From assembly GCA_034780895.1 (NCBI GenBank), contig JAUZTB010000098.1, positions 38,835,796 to 38,899,795 on the forward strand: a DNA stretch of 64,000 nt, written 5' to 3'. Shown piece by piece: positions 13,990-27,500 of the stretch. Each line of letters opens with the position of its first letter. Position 1 is the stretch's first letter. Under the pieces are notes generated by a model, which saw only the letters and a program-made list of their open reading frames with translations, was not told where the DNA came from and did not search any database. Origin of the DNA: Rhynchobatus australiae. Its lineage: Eukaryota. A program made the translations under genes and the position numbers.

Positions 13990-15560
13990 TCCTTCATGAT
14001 ATTCACAATTCTGAGAACCTTTGACAGGGTAGATATCTAGAGGATGTTGCCCTCATCTGAGGAGTGTCAGTCTCAAATATGAGGTATGCCATTTAGGATT
14101 GAAATGAGAACAATTTCATCATGCGAAGTTTGGAAAACCTGTGGAATTTGCGACCTCAGAAGGCTAATCTCAGTCATTGGTTTCGTTCAAAATGGGGATT
14201 GCTAGAATTTTGAATATTGGAGGCAATATAGAACAAAGGATACTGTTCTAGAAGAACTGCAGGAGCAGAGAGATCTAGTGGGATGTATACACAAATCATT
14301 GAAAGTGGCAAGGAGAGCAATTAAAAGGCAAACTGTGCTTTATCACTTAAGCTATAGAGTATAAAAGCAGGGAAGGTATACTGAAACTTCATAAAACCAC
14401 CACTCTGGCCTCATCTGATGTTGCCTTGACATAGGAAGGATATGAGGACATTAGGAAGAGTCCCGAAACAAGTTCCCAGAATTGGTTCTGAGAGGAGGAA
14501 TTACGGTTACCAGGATAGATTTGAGAGTCTTGGACTGGTTTCTTTGGAGAACAGAAAGAATACGAGAGATTTGATAGAAGTGTATAAGATCCTTAGGGGT
14601 TTGGAGAGAGTCGATAGTGGGAGGTATTGGTATTGGTTTATTATTGTCAATTGCACCGAGGTACAGTGAAAAACTTGTCTTGCATACCGATCGTACAGGT
14701 CAATTCATTACACAGTGCAGTTATATTGAGTTAGNNNNNNNNNNNNNNNNNNNNNNNNNNNNNNNNNNNNNNNNNNNNNNNNNNNNNNNNNNNNNNNNNN
14801 NNNNNNNNNNNNNNNNNNNNNNNNNNNNNNNNNNAGCTGTGATGCATCTGGATAAGATGCTTTCTATGGTGCATCAATAAAAATTGGTGGCAGTCAAAGG
14901 GAACATGCCAAATTCCTTTACCTTCCTGAGAATAATTGTGCTGGAGGTGTTGCTACCTATCCTCACTGATTGTGGTCTGTTGGTTAGAAAGTCAAGGATC
15001 CAATTGCAAAGGGAGATGTTGAGTCCCAGGTCTCGGAGTTTGGAGATGAGTTTATTTAGAATTATTGCATTGAAGGCAGAGCTGTAGTCAATAAACAATA
15101 GTCTAATGTAGGTGACTTTACTGTCCAGATGCTCCAGAGCTGAATGTAGGGCCAGGGAGATGGCGTCCGCTGTGGACCTGTTTCGGCGATAGGAGAATTG
15201 CAGTGGATCAAGATTGCCTGGGAGGCTGGAGTTGATGCGTGCCATGGCTGTTTCCTTTTGTGGAAGTGTTGAGGACAAGAGGTCACAAGTATAAACAAAA
15301 GGTAAAAAATTAAGGCTGACTTGAAGAAAAGTCTTTTTACACTGTATGTAGTTGGAATATGGAAAACACTGCCTGCAGGTTCCATTCTGGTCTTCAGACT
15401 GAATTGGATAAATAAATAGTGGAGAAAAAATTACAAGGCTACTGAGAAGGGGCTAGTGGGTGGAACTAAAGAGTTGCTTTGATTGAGTGTCAGCATAAAC
15501 ATGATGGGCTGAATGGCCTGCTTCTGTGCTGTAAGCATTTTATGATTCCACACCTTGAAA
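13990..15560 (+). mobile_element. CR1-like LINE fragments, host of the Rex/Babar insertion
   Basis: YQDRFESLGLVSLENR..RDLIEVYKILRGLERVDSGR, resuming after 15247 with ctgtttcct (LFP) and a CR1 tail at ~15500-15550. Confidence 0.85.
14625..15247 (-). mobile_element. Rex/Babar LINE fragment with RT N-terminal part and an internal deletion
   Basis: LDPLQFSYRRNRSTADAISLALHSALEHLDSKVTYIRLLFIDYSSAFNAII...CNWILDFLTNRPQSVRIG is joined directly to LRKVKEFGM...TNFY, so the YADD region is deleted. The 3' UTR lies at 14625-14735. Confidence 0.92.
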
Positions 15561-15939
15561 GAGGCAACAAAAGCTAGGGGGATAAGACAGGAAAACGTGT
15601 TGAGATAGAAGTTCAGCTATGGTTTTGTTGAATTTCCGAACAAGCTCCTATTTTTAATGTTCATGTGTTATTATTTTATCACATCACTTCTTACACTCGC
15701 TTTCAGCAATATCCAGCATTCCTACTCTGTGCACTGCATAATTTTCCTACTTTATGTATCCATCCACCTGGAACCTCACCCCATTTCTTAAGCAATGTCT
15801 CATAACATCCTCACTGGAAGCACTGCTTATGTCAATGGCTTGGTGACCTTTGCTCCCACATAAATCTGTGCTTTCTTTCCTTTGAAGAGAAGAGAGAGAA
15901 AAGGCATATGAGAAAGTGAGGGACACTGAAGATCTTATT

Positions 15940-17555
15940 CTCTCTGGAGATCCGTGACAACTGGTGTTCCAGAGGGATCAATATAGGGACCTCTGCTGTT
16001 TGTGGTATATATAAATGACTTGGATCAAAACGTGGATGGGTGGATAAGTTTACAAATGACATAAACACTGGTGGCCTTGTGGATAGTGTAGAAGATTGCC
16101 AAAGGATACAGCGGGATATAGATCATTTACAGATAAGGGCAGAGAAATGGCAGATTAAGTTTAATCTGGGTAAGTGTGTGGTGTTGCACTTTGGGAGATT
16201 AAATGTAAAGGGAACGTACATAACTAATGGCAGGACCCTTAACAGTATTGATGTACAGAAGTCCATAGCTCCCTGAAAGTGGCTCCACGTTGATAGGGTG
16301 GTAAAGACGACATATGCCTTTATTAGTCAAGGCATTGAGTTTAAGAGTCAGGAAGTTGTGTTGCAGCTTTATAAAACTCAGTTTAGACCCCATCTGGAGT
16401 ATTGCATTCAATTCTGGTCGCCCCATTATAGGAAGGATGTGGAAGCTCTGGAGAGGGTGCAGAAGAGGTTTACCAGATTGCTGCTTAGATTGGAGGCCAT
16501 GTGCTATAAGGAGAGGTTGGACTAACTTGGGTTATTTTCTCTGGAGTGATAGGGGAAAGCTGACAAATTTATAAAATTATGGAAGGCAAGGATAGAGTAG
16601 ACAGCCGGTATCTTTTGCTCAGGGTTGAAATATCTAATACTGGAGGGCATGCAATTAAAGTGAGGGGGAGTTCAAGAAGTGTGCAGGGCAAAATTTTAAC
16701 ACAGGTAGTGGTGGGAGCCTAGAATGCACTATCAAGGCTGGTGGTGGAGGCAGATACGATAGAGGCATTTAAAAGGCTCTTAGATAGGCACATGAATATG
16801 CAGAGAATAGAGGTTGTGGGGGCAGATACGTTAGGGACATTTATAAGACTCTTAGATAGCCACATGAATGATAGAAGAATGGAGAGAGAAGAAGGGTTAG
16901 ATAGATTTTAGAGCAGGATAGAATGTCGGTACAACATTGTGGGCCAAGGGCCTGTACTGTAAGGTATATGTTCTATGCTCTATAATATGGACCATGTGCA
17001 GGCAGAAGGAATTAGTTTAATTAGGCATCATTAGCTATGCCATCTTCTCGCAGCTACTATCAGGCAAGAGGTACAAAACCCCAAAGTCCCGCACCACCAG
17101 NNNNNNNNNNNNNNNNNNNNNNNNNNNNNNNNNNNNNNNNNNNNNNNNNNNNNNNNNNNNNNNNNNNNNNNNNNNNNNNNNNNNNNNNNNNNNNNNNNNN
17201 ACCACCAGGTTAAAGAACAGTTACTTCCCTTCAACTATTTAGTTCTTGAACCGACCAGCTCAACCCTAATCACTACCTCAGTAACAATATGATCACTTTG
17301 ACCACTTTGCATTTCAATAGACCTTTTTTTTGTTCCAGTTGTGTTCTTTCTTATATAATTTTGGATAATTTACATTTAAGTTGTGTTTTTCTTGTGAATG
17401 TTGTGTCTCCAATGCTATGTGCATGTGATGCTGCTGCAAGTACTCATTGCACCTCTGCATACATATACTAATGCATATGACAATAAAGTGAACTTTGACT
17501 TTTTTAGTTTGGCACAACATTGTGGGCCGAAGGGCCTGTTCCTGTGTTCTATGGC
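15940..17555 (+). mobile_element. CR1-like LINE RT/C-terminal region with a nested second CR1 tail and a Rex/Babar insertion
   Basis: KFTNDINTGGLVDSVEDCQRIQRDID..AEKWQIKFNLGKCVVLHFGR and RPHLEYCIQFWSPHYRKDVEALERVQKRFTR. The tail is completed at 17505-17555 (ggcacaacattgtgggccgaagggcctgttcc). Confidence 0.93.
17035..17500 (+). mobile_element. Rex/Babar LINE 3' end
   Basis: caggcaagaggtacaaaacc...caccaggttaaagaacagttacttccc (GRRY...TTRLKNSYFP) followed by a 3' UTR ending gacaataaagtgaactttgact. Confidence 0.8.
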
Positions 17556-17744
17556 TGGAGATGGATTGCCACAAATAACACAGTTTGCAGATGCAGAGGA
17601 GGATGCCATGGTGATAATTGACATATCTATGTTCTATCAAAGCCAGATATGGACAAAGGCTCTCTGGTCGCTGGTGGCAGAATTACAAATATCTTTGACA
17701 CTCATGTAAAGGAAAGAAGAACCTGGAGTGAGGCAATGTCTTTC

Positions 17745-18125
17745 AAATTCTAAAGACTACCTTACAGCCAGTGAAATTCTTTTGAAATGTGGTCACTTCA
17801 CTATTGTAATAGGAAATGCTGCTGCCAGTTTGCAGAAAGCAAGCTCCTACAAACAGCAATGAGAAAATTAGATCATTACTTTTACTAATGCTGAATGAAG
17901 AATAAAGTTTGGTCAGGACATGGTGAGGATTTCTTCTGCTCGAGTGGCATATTTTACATTTGCCATAAAGAACAAATAGAACATTGGTTTAACATCTTAT
18001 CCAGAAGTCTGCAATTCTGAGGATGCATCACTCTCTCAATTCTGTCATTTTTAAAAATATTTTGTGCTGAAATGGGAGTTGAACCTACAGTCTTTAAATA
18101 CACTAACCACTGTACCAGCCATACA
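17745..18125 (-). mobile_element. Deu-domain SINE (SacSINE1/AmnSINE-like)
   Basis: Reverse complement reads ...attgctgtttgtaggagcttgctttctgcaaactggcagcagcatttcctattacaatag...cactggctgtaa, resembling the recalled Deu-domain/3' consensus. Related fragments lie at ~6190-6340 and ~7140-7380. Confidence 0.7.
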
Positions 18126-19344
18126 GTGACTTTATTTCATCATTCGCTGAATTATAAGAAGAATGTGTTCAGTTTTATCAATATGGTAAGTTTGCCACAA
18201 CTAAATCAAAAACACATCAGCAGTCAGGGTAATGTTCTGACCTCTGCCCATATCACACAGTATCCACCATTTGGAAGTATTAGGAAGAGTAACTTGAAGA
18301 ACTGGTAAATGATAAAAGGTGTCCTCGTAGGAGGTAGACAAAATGCTCTCTGCTATTTTGTTGTCCTTAGCTCCTGGAAGTTTAAAATGTGATACTGACA
18401 AATCTAAACTTTTGGAGAAATTGATTCCTGCATGTAAATCCCTATGTTTCTGTGCAATATAAAGGATGAGTGCAGAAAAGATTTGAAGGTGGACAGAATG
18501 AGCAGAAANNNNNNNNNNNNNNNNNNNNNNNNNNNNNNNNNNNNNNNNNNNNNNNNNNNNNNNNNNNNNNNNNNNNNNNNNNNNNNNNNNNNNNNNNNNN
18601 NNNNNNNNNNNNNNNNNNNNNNNNNNNNNNNNNNNNNNNNNNNNNNNNNNNNNNNNNNNNNNNNNNNNNNNNNNNNNNNNNNNNNNNNNNNNNNNNNNNN
18701 NNNNNNNNNNNNNNNNNNNNNNNNNNNNNNNNNNNNNNNNNNNNNNNNNNNNNNNNNNNNNNNNNNNNNNNNNNNNNNNNNNNNNNNNNNNNNNNNNNNN
18801 NNNNNNNNNNNNNNNNNNNNNNNNNNNNNNNNNNNNNNNNNNNNNNNNNNNNNNNNNNNNNNNNNNNNNNNNNNNNNNNNNNNNNNNNNNNNNNNNNNNN
18901 NNNNNNNNNNNNNNNNNNNNNNNNNNNNNNNNNNNNNNNNNGAGATTGGTGTTGATGATGTTAGTAGTCTTACTTACATCTTAGCAGCTCTTCCCGATGC
19001 AAAATCTAATCATGCTCAAATGATTCACTTTCCAATGGAATCTGCAAAGTAAAGTAAATATAAGAACTAGGAGCAAGAGTACATTGGGTGGCCCCACAAG
19101 CCTGTTCCATCATTCAGTAAGCTCATGGCTGATGCAATCAATGCTTCACATCACTTTCCTGCCCACTCCTCATACCCTTTGATTTCATTTAATCTAAATG
19201 TCAGTCCATCTTGGCCTTAAAAATATTCAAGAACCCTGTCTCCTCTGTTGATTTCTAGAGATTGGTAGGGTTCCCACAAGCCTAGGGAAAACCAACTAGC
19301 CTCATGCGTTGTCGATAGCATTAAACACACCATATAATAATGGT

Positions 19345-19495
19345 GACACAAGAGATTCTGCCGATGCCAGAATCTGGAGCAATATTCCCTTTCCATTCCT
19401 GATGAAGGGTCTCAACCTGAAATGTTGACTGTTTATTTCCCTCTGTAGATGCTCCCTCACCTGTTGAGTTCCTCCAGCATTTTGTATATGGCAGT
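19345..19495 (-). repeat. Short Penelope-associated non-autonomous repeat
   Basis: ctgatgaagggtctcaacctgaaatgttgactg...ctgttgagttcctccagcattttgt is homologous to the terminal region of the Penelope element at 62975. Further copies lie at ~12570, ~30700, ~32590, ~39030, ~43735, ~49900 and ~53335. Confidence 0.7.
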
Positions 19496-20039
19496 NNNNN
19501 NNNNNGTGTTCTACCTGCTCCCAAAATTTGGTTCCATTGACTTCCATTTTAATAGCCTTTTTATTTTTAACTCAAGAAGGCTAAGATTCAGAAATTTTAA
19601 TAGGTAAAGGAAGCAGAACATGCAGATGATCCTTTCTAACATGTTTAACACTGCACACTGATTCCCACAAACTAACCTTGGCTGCTCAGGGGATAAACAA
19701 TGGGTAGCGAATTTGATCCTCCTACATTGAGGTCACTTCTGTCTTCATGAAGTGCTCCCCATAGTTTCCTGTCTTTCTTAATGTTAAAGGGTGCCACCTG
19801 CAAATAATCTATCGATAGGCTAATGCAGCAATACTTGTCAATGTGGGGGAAGTCGGCTTGAGAGAGGACACTGACCTCTGTTCACTTATTTTGCCTGCTG
19901 ATTTGGAAGCTTTTGTGGAGACAGTGTTGGTGGCATCTCTGCAGTGCTTTGAGGTGCCCGCTTTAGGTCATCTGTAAATCACCACTGAGGCCTTAATTAC
20001 ATTTTGTCATCTCTAATGGGAAGGCTGCATTGTTTATTT

Positions 20040-20440
20040 GCCTGACACCAAACTGCTAAGTTCCACTGTGGCAAAAAAATTACCAGGTGGATAGAGGAAT
20101 TGATTGAAGGATATTCTCAGAGCATCTTTCAAGCAATGTAACATCTCCATTGACATGTGGGAATCTCTGGCCCACGAAAGCTTAAGGCGAAGATTGAGCG
20201 TATTGGGAACCTTGAGTCCTTTCACTGGGATCACACAGAGGCCCAGGTTAAACTGCAGAAGGAATGACCCACCTTGAAAACCACCTACCTGCCCCCCGCC
20301 CCCCGCCCCCCCTCATCAACTGCCTCCTGCCTGACCTATGGCAGAGTCTGTGGTTCCCACATTAGCCTCACCAACTGCCTCAGAACTCACTGAACTGGGG
20401 TGGAAGTGAGTCATTCTCAAACCCAAGGGACTAGAAAATA
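20040..20440 (+). mobile_element. RTE-clade LINE 3' fragment
   Basis: cctgacaccaaactg...ccaggtggatagagg...aaggatattctcagagcatct...acatgtgggaatctctggcccacg (PDT.L..GGQ..FKD.LKASL..WESLA) and a terminal C..CGSHISL.NCLRTH motif. Confidence 0.8.
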
Positions 20441-22279
20441 CACTGGAAATGAGTGCTTNNNNNNNNNNNNNNNNNNNNNNNNNNNNNNNNNNNNNNNNNN
20501 NNNNNNNNNNNNNNNNNNNNNNNNNNNNNNNNNNNNNNNNNNNNNNNNNNNNNNNNNNNNNNNNNNNNNNNNNNNNNNNNNNNNNNNNNNNNNNNNNNNN
20601 NNNNNNNNNNNNNNNNNNNNNNNNNNNNNNNNNNNNNNNNNNNNNNNNNNNNNNNNNNNNNNNNNNNCCCTTGTCTTAATCAAGTATTTTACAGGCTGTA
20701 TCATCTAAGATACTTAAGCCAGCAGAAACTGCTGGAGTTATGCAACCAGACACTATCAGAGTATGAAAGAGAATGTACTGCATACACTCCAGATAAATAT
20801 GTTCCTGGGCATGGAAAACAATGTTGATGTCAAGAACTAAATGTAATCACGTGTGACTGGACTTTAGGAACAAAATGCTTGTAACGTCTGTACTTGCAGG
20901 CTTTGAACTTCAAGCTGAGCAAAAAAAAAATTCTTTACTTACAAAACAAGTACAATTACTCTCCCTTGTTCTGTTACCAACAGGCCCATGTCTGTAGGGG
21001 GCCACAAGGAATCCAGCTTATTTATAGTTTCATATTATTAGTAGTCTCATTAGAGAAGCATAATGTCATTATTGGTGTTGAGCATAGACTCTGGGAGGCC
21101 ANNNNNNNNNNACTGGATAGCTGCAACAATTGCTCTAGAAGATACCACTGAACTTTGTCCAAGCTTCTAATGCTTGGTGCTGCAAATACCTACTAGATAA
21201 CCACATACTTTTAGTTTTATATGTCATGATATAGGTACTTCACATGTTGCTGTTTCATTCAGTGGACTCTGGCTACCACCATATCAACTATGTGCATAGA
21301 AACCATATTTACTCATGACATCCCATACTCCCAATCATTGTACTTTTGAAGACCAATAACATCTAAGTGTCTAGACTCAAAGCACTCAATTATTTATCCT
21401 CTAGTTAGNNNNNNNNNNNNNNNNNNNNNNNNNNNNNNNATATCAAGTTTACTGAGGAGGAAATGTATGCACATTAAAATTTGGATGAGCATTGGCAAAG
21501 GCAAAGAAATTTGGCAAGCAGTACCCACATCTTAAACAAGCTTTGATTATTTACATATGCAAACAAGGGTCTTACGTCCAACTGAGGCGCACATGTAAGA
21601 ATGGCTTATCATGTAGCAACCAGCCGCAATACCAGCTGCACTCAGGACAAAAAAACAGACTCTCTTGCTACTTAACAAAAAGTCCTTAAACTGATAGGAT
21701 GTAGGCAGTTTTAATTGATAGCCACATGAATGTTCAGTCAGGAGGAACAGCACTGCTCTTCCCGAACCCACAGTGAGAGAATGCAGATTGCCATCCTGTC
21801 ACTGTTGCAGCTACAAACTCCCACAGGGCAGCCTATAGTACATCACCTCCCTCACATCTCCTCTTCCCCTTCAGTCTATCCTCCCTCCCTGCTCACCTCA
21901 GGGCTCCTGGTAGCCAAACTTCAAAGAACTTCTCATGCAGACCACATTCAGGCAGATGGGATTAGTTTAAATTGACATAATTATTGGCAAAGANNNNNNN
22001 NNNNNNNNNNNNNNNNNNNNNNNNNNNNNNNNNNNNNNNNNNNNNNNNNNNNNNNNNNNNNNNNNNNNNNNNNNNNNNNNNNNNNNNNNNNNNGACGATG
22101 TGGACGGAAGGGCCTGTTCCTGTGCTGTACTGTTTTACATTTTATGTTCTTAAACTACCCCTTCTTGTTCTGGCTTTGTATCTACTATAAAAGATGGTGG
22201 CCATTTCATATGTCCTTTCTCTCTTTTTTTTTAAATCAAACCCAGCATTGATTGGTGTATGTGAACTCTTACACCGGAC

Positions 22280-22500
22280 CAGTGTGCATTCTGCTATTGA
22301 TAGAACCCCACACAGAAATTACCAGCTTCAAGTTCGACAGAAAACTATGGGTTACTTTTAATCTTGTTTGAACAACGCAAGCTATTCCTTCACAAATGGA
22401 AAATTAAAATGTCACCCTTTTGCCAATGTGAAGTGCAACATGTCCATCACATAACACACTACAGTCCATTAAATGCTCTATATCAGGTAACTCCTAATGC
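22280..22500 (+). mobile_element. RTE-X-like LINE C-terminal (CCHC) relic
   Basis: FKFDRKLWVTFNLV*T...FLHKWKIKMSPFCQCEVQHVHHITHYSPL resembles the recalled consensus PGFDLPR..W.TLNR.RT...LHKWG...SP.C.CG..QTM.HI...CP. Confidence 0.6.
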
Positions 22501-24119
22501 CATTGAATAGATTGCCAAGCTCAACAATCAGTTATGACATGTTGTCATTTTGTTTTTCAATCAATAACATGGGACCTTGGCAGAGTCTAAGATGGCTGCC
22601 AGAAGGATTTCAGTTTCAGTTCTGGCAGGGCTTGCTCAGCTTTTCATCCTCTGGAGGTGAGTGAAATGAATGCCACTATACTCCAGCCAGTCATGAAAAT
22701 AGCAATTGCAAGCTTGGTTTTAATAGCTGTCTCGTTGTCCAAGTGCTGCTTTCAGTGCAGCTGCAATAGAAACAAAGTTCACTACCACCTCATGCCACCA
22801 TCTGGTGGTAATCAGATAAATTTGTCCTAACACTGACACTTTATCCTAACTTGTTCAAAAAGAGGTGATATGAATGCCAATAATGTTTGTAGGTGAAGAC
22901 AGGAAGAGGGATACCACAATTCCATGGTCCCAAATATTCCTATTTCAATTGTTCATGCCAATCAGAAGAGCTTATGTTTACATGCTCCTGCAGAATGGAA
23001 AGCTAAAACAGCCAAATATACCATACCTTGTGGGAAAGAATAGGGTTTGAAGGTGTTTTTTTTTCCCCTGTTCTTCCCATTTAAATATCTATATTACCCT
23101 AGAGGTATTTAATTTAATCAAATGGCAGACAAAATTTTAATGGTTCTTGAAGCTCTTTTTGCACAGCTCAAAATAATGTCTTCATATGGCATGGAATATT
23201 ATCCAAAATTTGCAATGTGACTGCATTTATTCCTTGGGTTCAACTATTTTTACCAATTGCATGAAATCTCTCTGGCCTTCTGCTTTACTGATGATTAGAA
23301 TTTTTCCCTTAAGATTGCCAACAATTGTATTGAAAATACTATTTTAACAAAATGGCAAAATAGCTATTTCAATTTGCAAATTAATAAAGTTAAATTGTCA
23401 CCTTGTCCTAGCACTGTTTTCTCTGATTTTGTTTGTGAGTTTGGCCTATGGGAAATTATTTTTTTTGATTCAAGATTGTGACAAAATAAAAAAAAAGAAT
23501 ATATGTATCTACTCTACACTAAGATATTGAATTCTCTCTGCTTGTCGAGATAAATAAAGACCAGATGCAGAAATAGGAATTGATTCAGCTTGTTTTGATG
23601 CAATGGGGGAGAATTCGAGGCCTCCAGGCTGGTGGAAATGAGATAGATCCATTAAAAGAAAGTCATTAGAAAGGACTTGCCTACCCCTTCACACTATTGA
23701 AGTGACTGTTGTTGCAATTTTCCCAGAGTTTTTGGAATAGGCAGTCCAAACAGCTGTCTGAAGCACACACACATGGATAATTTAGACATTTTAATCAGAA
23801 TCATGCAATTTAAATGGGATCTGGATTCTGGTTGTTCAGCTCAAGAGGACCAGAAATGTTCTTCAGCCTCCACAAAATTAAACTTAAGCATTGGTACACC
23901 ACATTACTCCACTCTTCCTCATCCGTCCTACATTAATGAAGACAAGACAGACGTAAAATCTTTCAAAATATGTCTGGAGATAGATAATGTGTATGTTTAA
24001 CAGGGCCAAGCCATTCAATTTGAATGTAAGTATTATGCACATTCGCACCCTTGATATCCTACTGGACTCCAGATTGAGCTTCTAACCTCATATTCTCACT
24101 ACTACAAGGACACCTATGG

Positions 24120-24400
24120 CTATCTCCATATCATTGCCTATCTCTTCCTTATGTTAACCCATTTGTTGTTGAAATCTCCATCCAGGCCTTTCTCACCTTC
24201 AGACTTAACTAACAAAAATAGTCTCCAGCTGGCCTGCACTCCATCGGTTTCCACTCAACCAGACTGCTGCTCATATTGATTTTGTCTGCACCGCTGCCCC
24301 ATGTTGGCTTGCAGTACCTGAACCATATAAATTTACATTTCTATTCCTCATGTTTAAATCTCTTCCCTCTGCCCCTCTCTCTGTAACTAACATCAGTCCA
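24120..24400 (+). mobile_element. L2 LINE fragment
   Basis: atccaggcctttctcaccttcagacttaactaa (IQAFLTFRLN*), cf. the L2 motif IHAFVTSRLDY. Confidence 0.6.
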
Positions 24401-24539
24401 GCACGGCCTCAACTCCAAGGACACCAAACAGTATAGCACCAGAAAATAAGGCTTGGCAATCACATTGCATGATTAACCTGTGCCCTATTTGACCCAGTAA
24501 GGGCAGAACCTACCCCCTCTCCTGTTTTTTTTATCAGGA

Positions 24540-27500
24540 TATCAGTGCCCAGGAAGCAATAACTATATTGTTGACTGCTTCTACAAACTCCACTAAATCC
24601 ACAGGTGGTATTGGCGATCCAATGTCAGCATCCTCTCCCAGGCCAACATCCCCTGCATTGAGGCTCTGATCACACTCAACTGGTTTCAATGGATGGCCCC
24701 TATTTTCTGAATGCATGACACCAGACTCCAAAGGCAAGCCTTCTATTAGAGCTGTTATGACAAGCAACCTCCCATTGGACAGAGAAACAGTTTAAAGGAC
24801 TTCCTCACAGCCACGTTGAAAGAACATACCATTCTCAGCAACTGAGGGAAATCCATGCCCCATTTGTTGAACATATGGCAGGCACTGAGCAAGTATCTCC
24901 AACGGCAGTACATGGAGGCCAAACAGAAGGGGTGTACAACATTTCAAGTAATCTATCCACTCATCCCATCAAGTTCCACCTGCTCCACCTGTGACAGAAT
25001 CTGTAACAAGATCAAAGTCAAAGCTCTCAAGCAGCCCACGAAGCTAGCTCTTCTCTAGCAGTGTCTCACGGACAACCTGTCACCCCAGGTGTCACAGAGT
25101 GTCCACAGTACATGGGTTGCCCTGAGTTCCATAATAATTTACACCTGTGAAGAAACACTTGGATCGTCTATCATGAGGAGCTAGGACTGGTTTGATGATA
25201 ATGACCAGGAGATCAAGGAACTAATTAATCACAAGTGTAAGGCATTCTTGGATCAGAAGATNNNNNNNNNNNNNNNNNNNNNNNNNNNNNNNNNNNNNNN
25301 NNNNNNNNNNNNNNNNNNNNNNNNNNNNNNNNNNNNNNNNNNNNNNNNNNNNNNNNNNNNNNNNNNNNNNNNNNNNNNNNNNNNNNNNNNNNNNNNNNNN
25401 NNNNNNNNNNNNNNNNNNNNNNNNNNNNNNNNNNNNNNNNNNNNNNNNNNNNNNNNNNNNNNNNNNNNNNNNNNNNNNNNNNNNNNNNNNNNNNNNNNNN
25501 NNNNNNNNNNNNNNNNNNNNNNNNNNNNNNNNNNNNNNNNNNNNNNNNNNNNNNNNNNNNNNNNNNNNNNNNNNNNNNNNNNNNNNNNNNNNNNNNNNNN
25601 NNNNNNNNNNNNNNNNNNNNNNNNNNNNNNNNNNNNNNNNNNNNNNNNNNNNNNNNNNNNNNNNNNNNNNNNNNNNNNNNNNNNNNNNNNNNNNNNNNNN
25701 NNNNNNNNNNNNNNNNNNNNNNNNNNNNNNNNNNNNNNNNNNNNNNNAGGAAGAGGTGGTAATACCTAGGGACCTCAAAGATGCCATAAGCATAACCATC
25801 TTCAAGAAACGAGATAGGTCTGTCCATTACAGGAAAAGTCATCGCCAGGGTATGCCATAAGGAGGTTCCTGCAGTGACTGAAGAGCTGCTCCCTAAATCA
25901 CAGTGTGGATTCTATCCATCCAGAGGCACTGTGGAAATGATCTTGTCCATGTGACAACTCCAAGAGAAATGCATGGCATTGTTTTACCTCAAAGCCTTTG
26001 ACTTTATCAGCTGGGGGGAGAGTAAAGCACTCTTATCAAATTCTGCTACCCATAGAAATTCATCTTCATTTTATATTCGTTTCATAATGATGACCTATCT
26101 GTATTTCTCTGTAGACTCTCCACATCCTCTGCTACATCTATTTCTTGGTTTATTGCCTGTGCCACTGTAATATTATTATCTGTTGGCCTATAGACAACTC
26201 CCGCCGGTTATCTTTTTCCCTTTACTATTCCTAAGGGCAGGCACGGTAGTGTAGTGGTTAACGTAACTCTATTACAGTGCCAGCAACCCAGGTTCAATTC
26301 CGGCCACCGTCTGTAAAGAGTTAGTACTTTCTCCCCGTGACAGCATGGGTTTCCTCCAGGTGCTCTGGTTTCCTCCCACATTCCCAAGACGTATAGGTTA
26401 GGAAGTTGTGGGCATGCTATGTTGGCACCAGAGAGTGGTGGCATTTGCGGGTTGCCCCCAGAACACTCTACACAAAAGATGCATTTCACTGTGTGTTTTG
26501 AAGTATATGTGACTAAAAAAGATGTCATGTCTTGTCTTGTCTTGCAAACAATGATCCTAATCAACGGGTCTCCAAATGAACCAATCTCAGTGAAGACCTG
26601 AATCAAAGGAGGCTGCTGCATTGCCATAAAACTTTTCTAACTTTTTTCTTGCTGCACTGTTGTACCTCACCTCCAATAACCTCTGACAGAAATGATTTTC
26701 AGATCTAATGGAAAACTGTTCAACTTATATCAACTCCAAAATGAAGGTCACCCAAACCTCAGTAGTTGTGGTACAGAATGGAGAAGAAACTTGCATATGC
26801 ATGTGCTTGGAGCTTGAAGACATCATCAACCCACTCTCTGAAGCATACAGAAGGATGAGCCTTACATTTAATATCAGCAGGAACAAGGTCCTCTACCAAC
26901 TTGTCTCCACTGCACAACACCACCTACTGACAACAAAAGTTCACAGTGTGATCTTGGAAAACATGGACCACTTACTATATCTTGGAGCCACCTCTTAATG
27001 ATGATAAAATTTGCTATCACCTTCAATGTGCCAGCACAATTTTTGGCCAATTAAGAAAAATGGTATTTGGATATCAAGGCCTCAGACTTGGCACCAAACT
27101 CATGATCTAAGGGGCAGCAGTATTTCCTGCTCTTCTATATGTTTCTGAAATATGGACTACCTATTGCAGGTGCCTCAAGGCACGGGCAAGATACCACCAA
27201 CACAGTGCTGCAGAGTTCAATGGAAGGTAAAGCAACCTAATGTCAGTGTCCTTTCCCAGGCCAGCTTAAGGCCCTAGTTACATTCAGACATTGGACAGGT
27301 CATATTGTTGGCATGCCTGGCAGCAGACTCCAAGCAGACATTCTATACAGAGTTCTATCACAAGAAGAAATTATGAGGTGGACAGTGGAAAGGGTTCAGG
27401 GATTTGCTCAAAACTTTCTTGGAAAATTACAACATCGCTATTGCCTTGAGAATTCTTGGCCTCGATCGTCAGAGTGGCAAAGATGCATTCCAGATGCATT

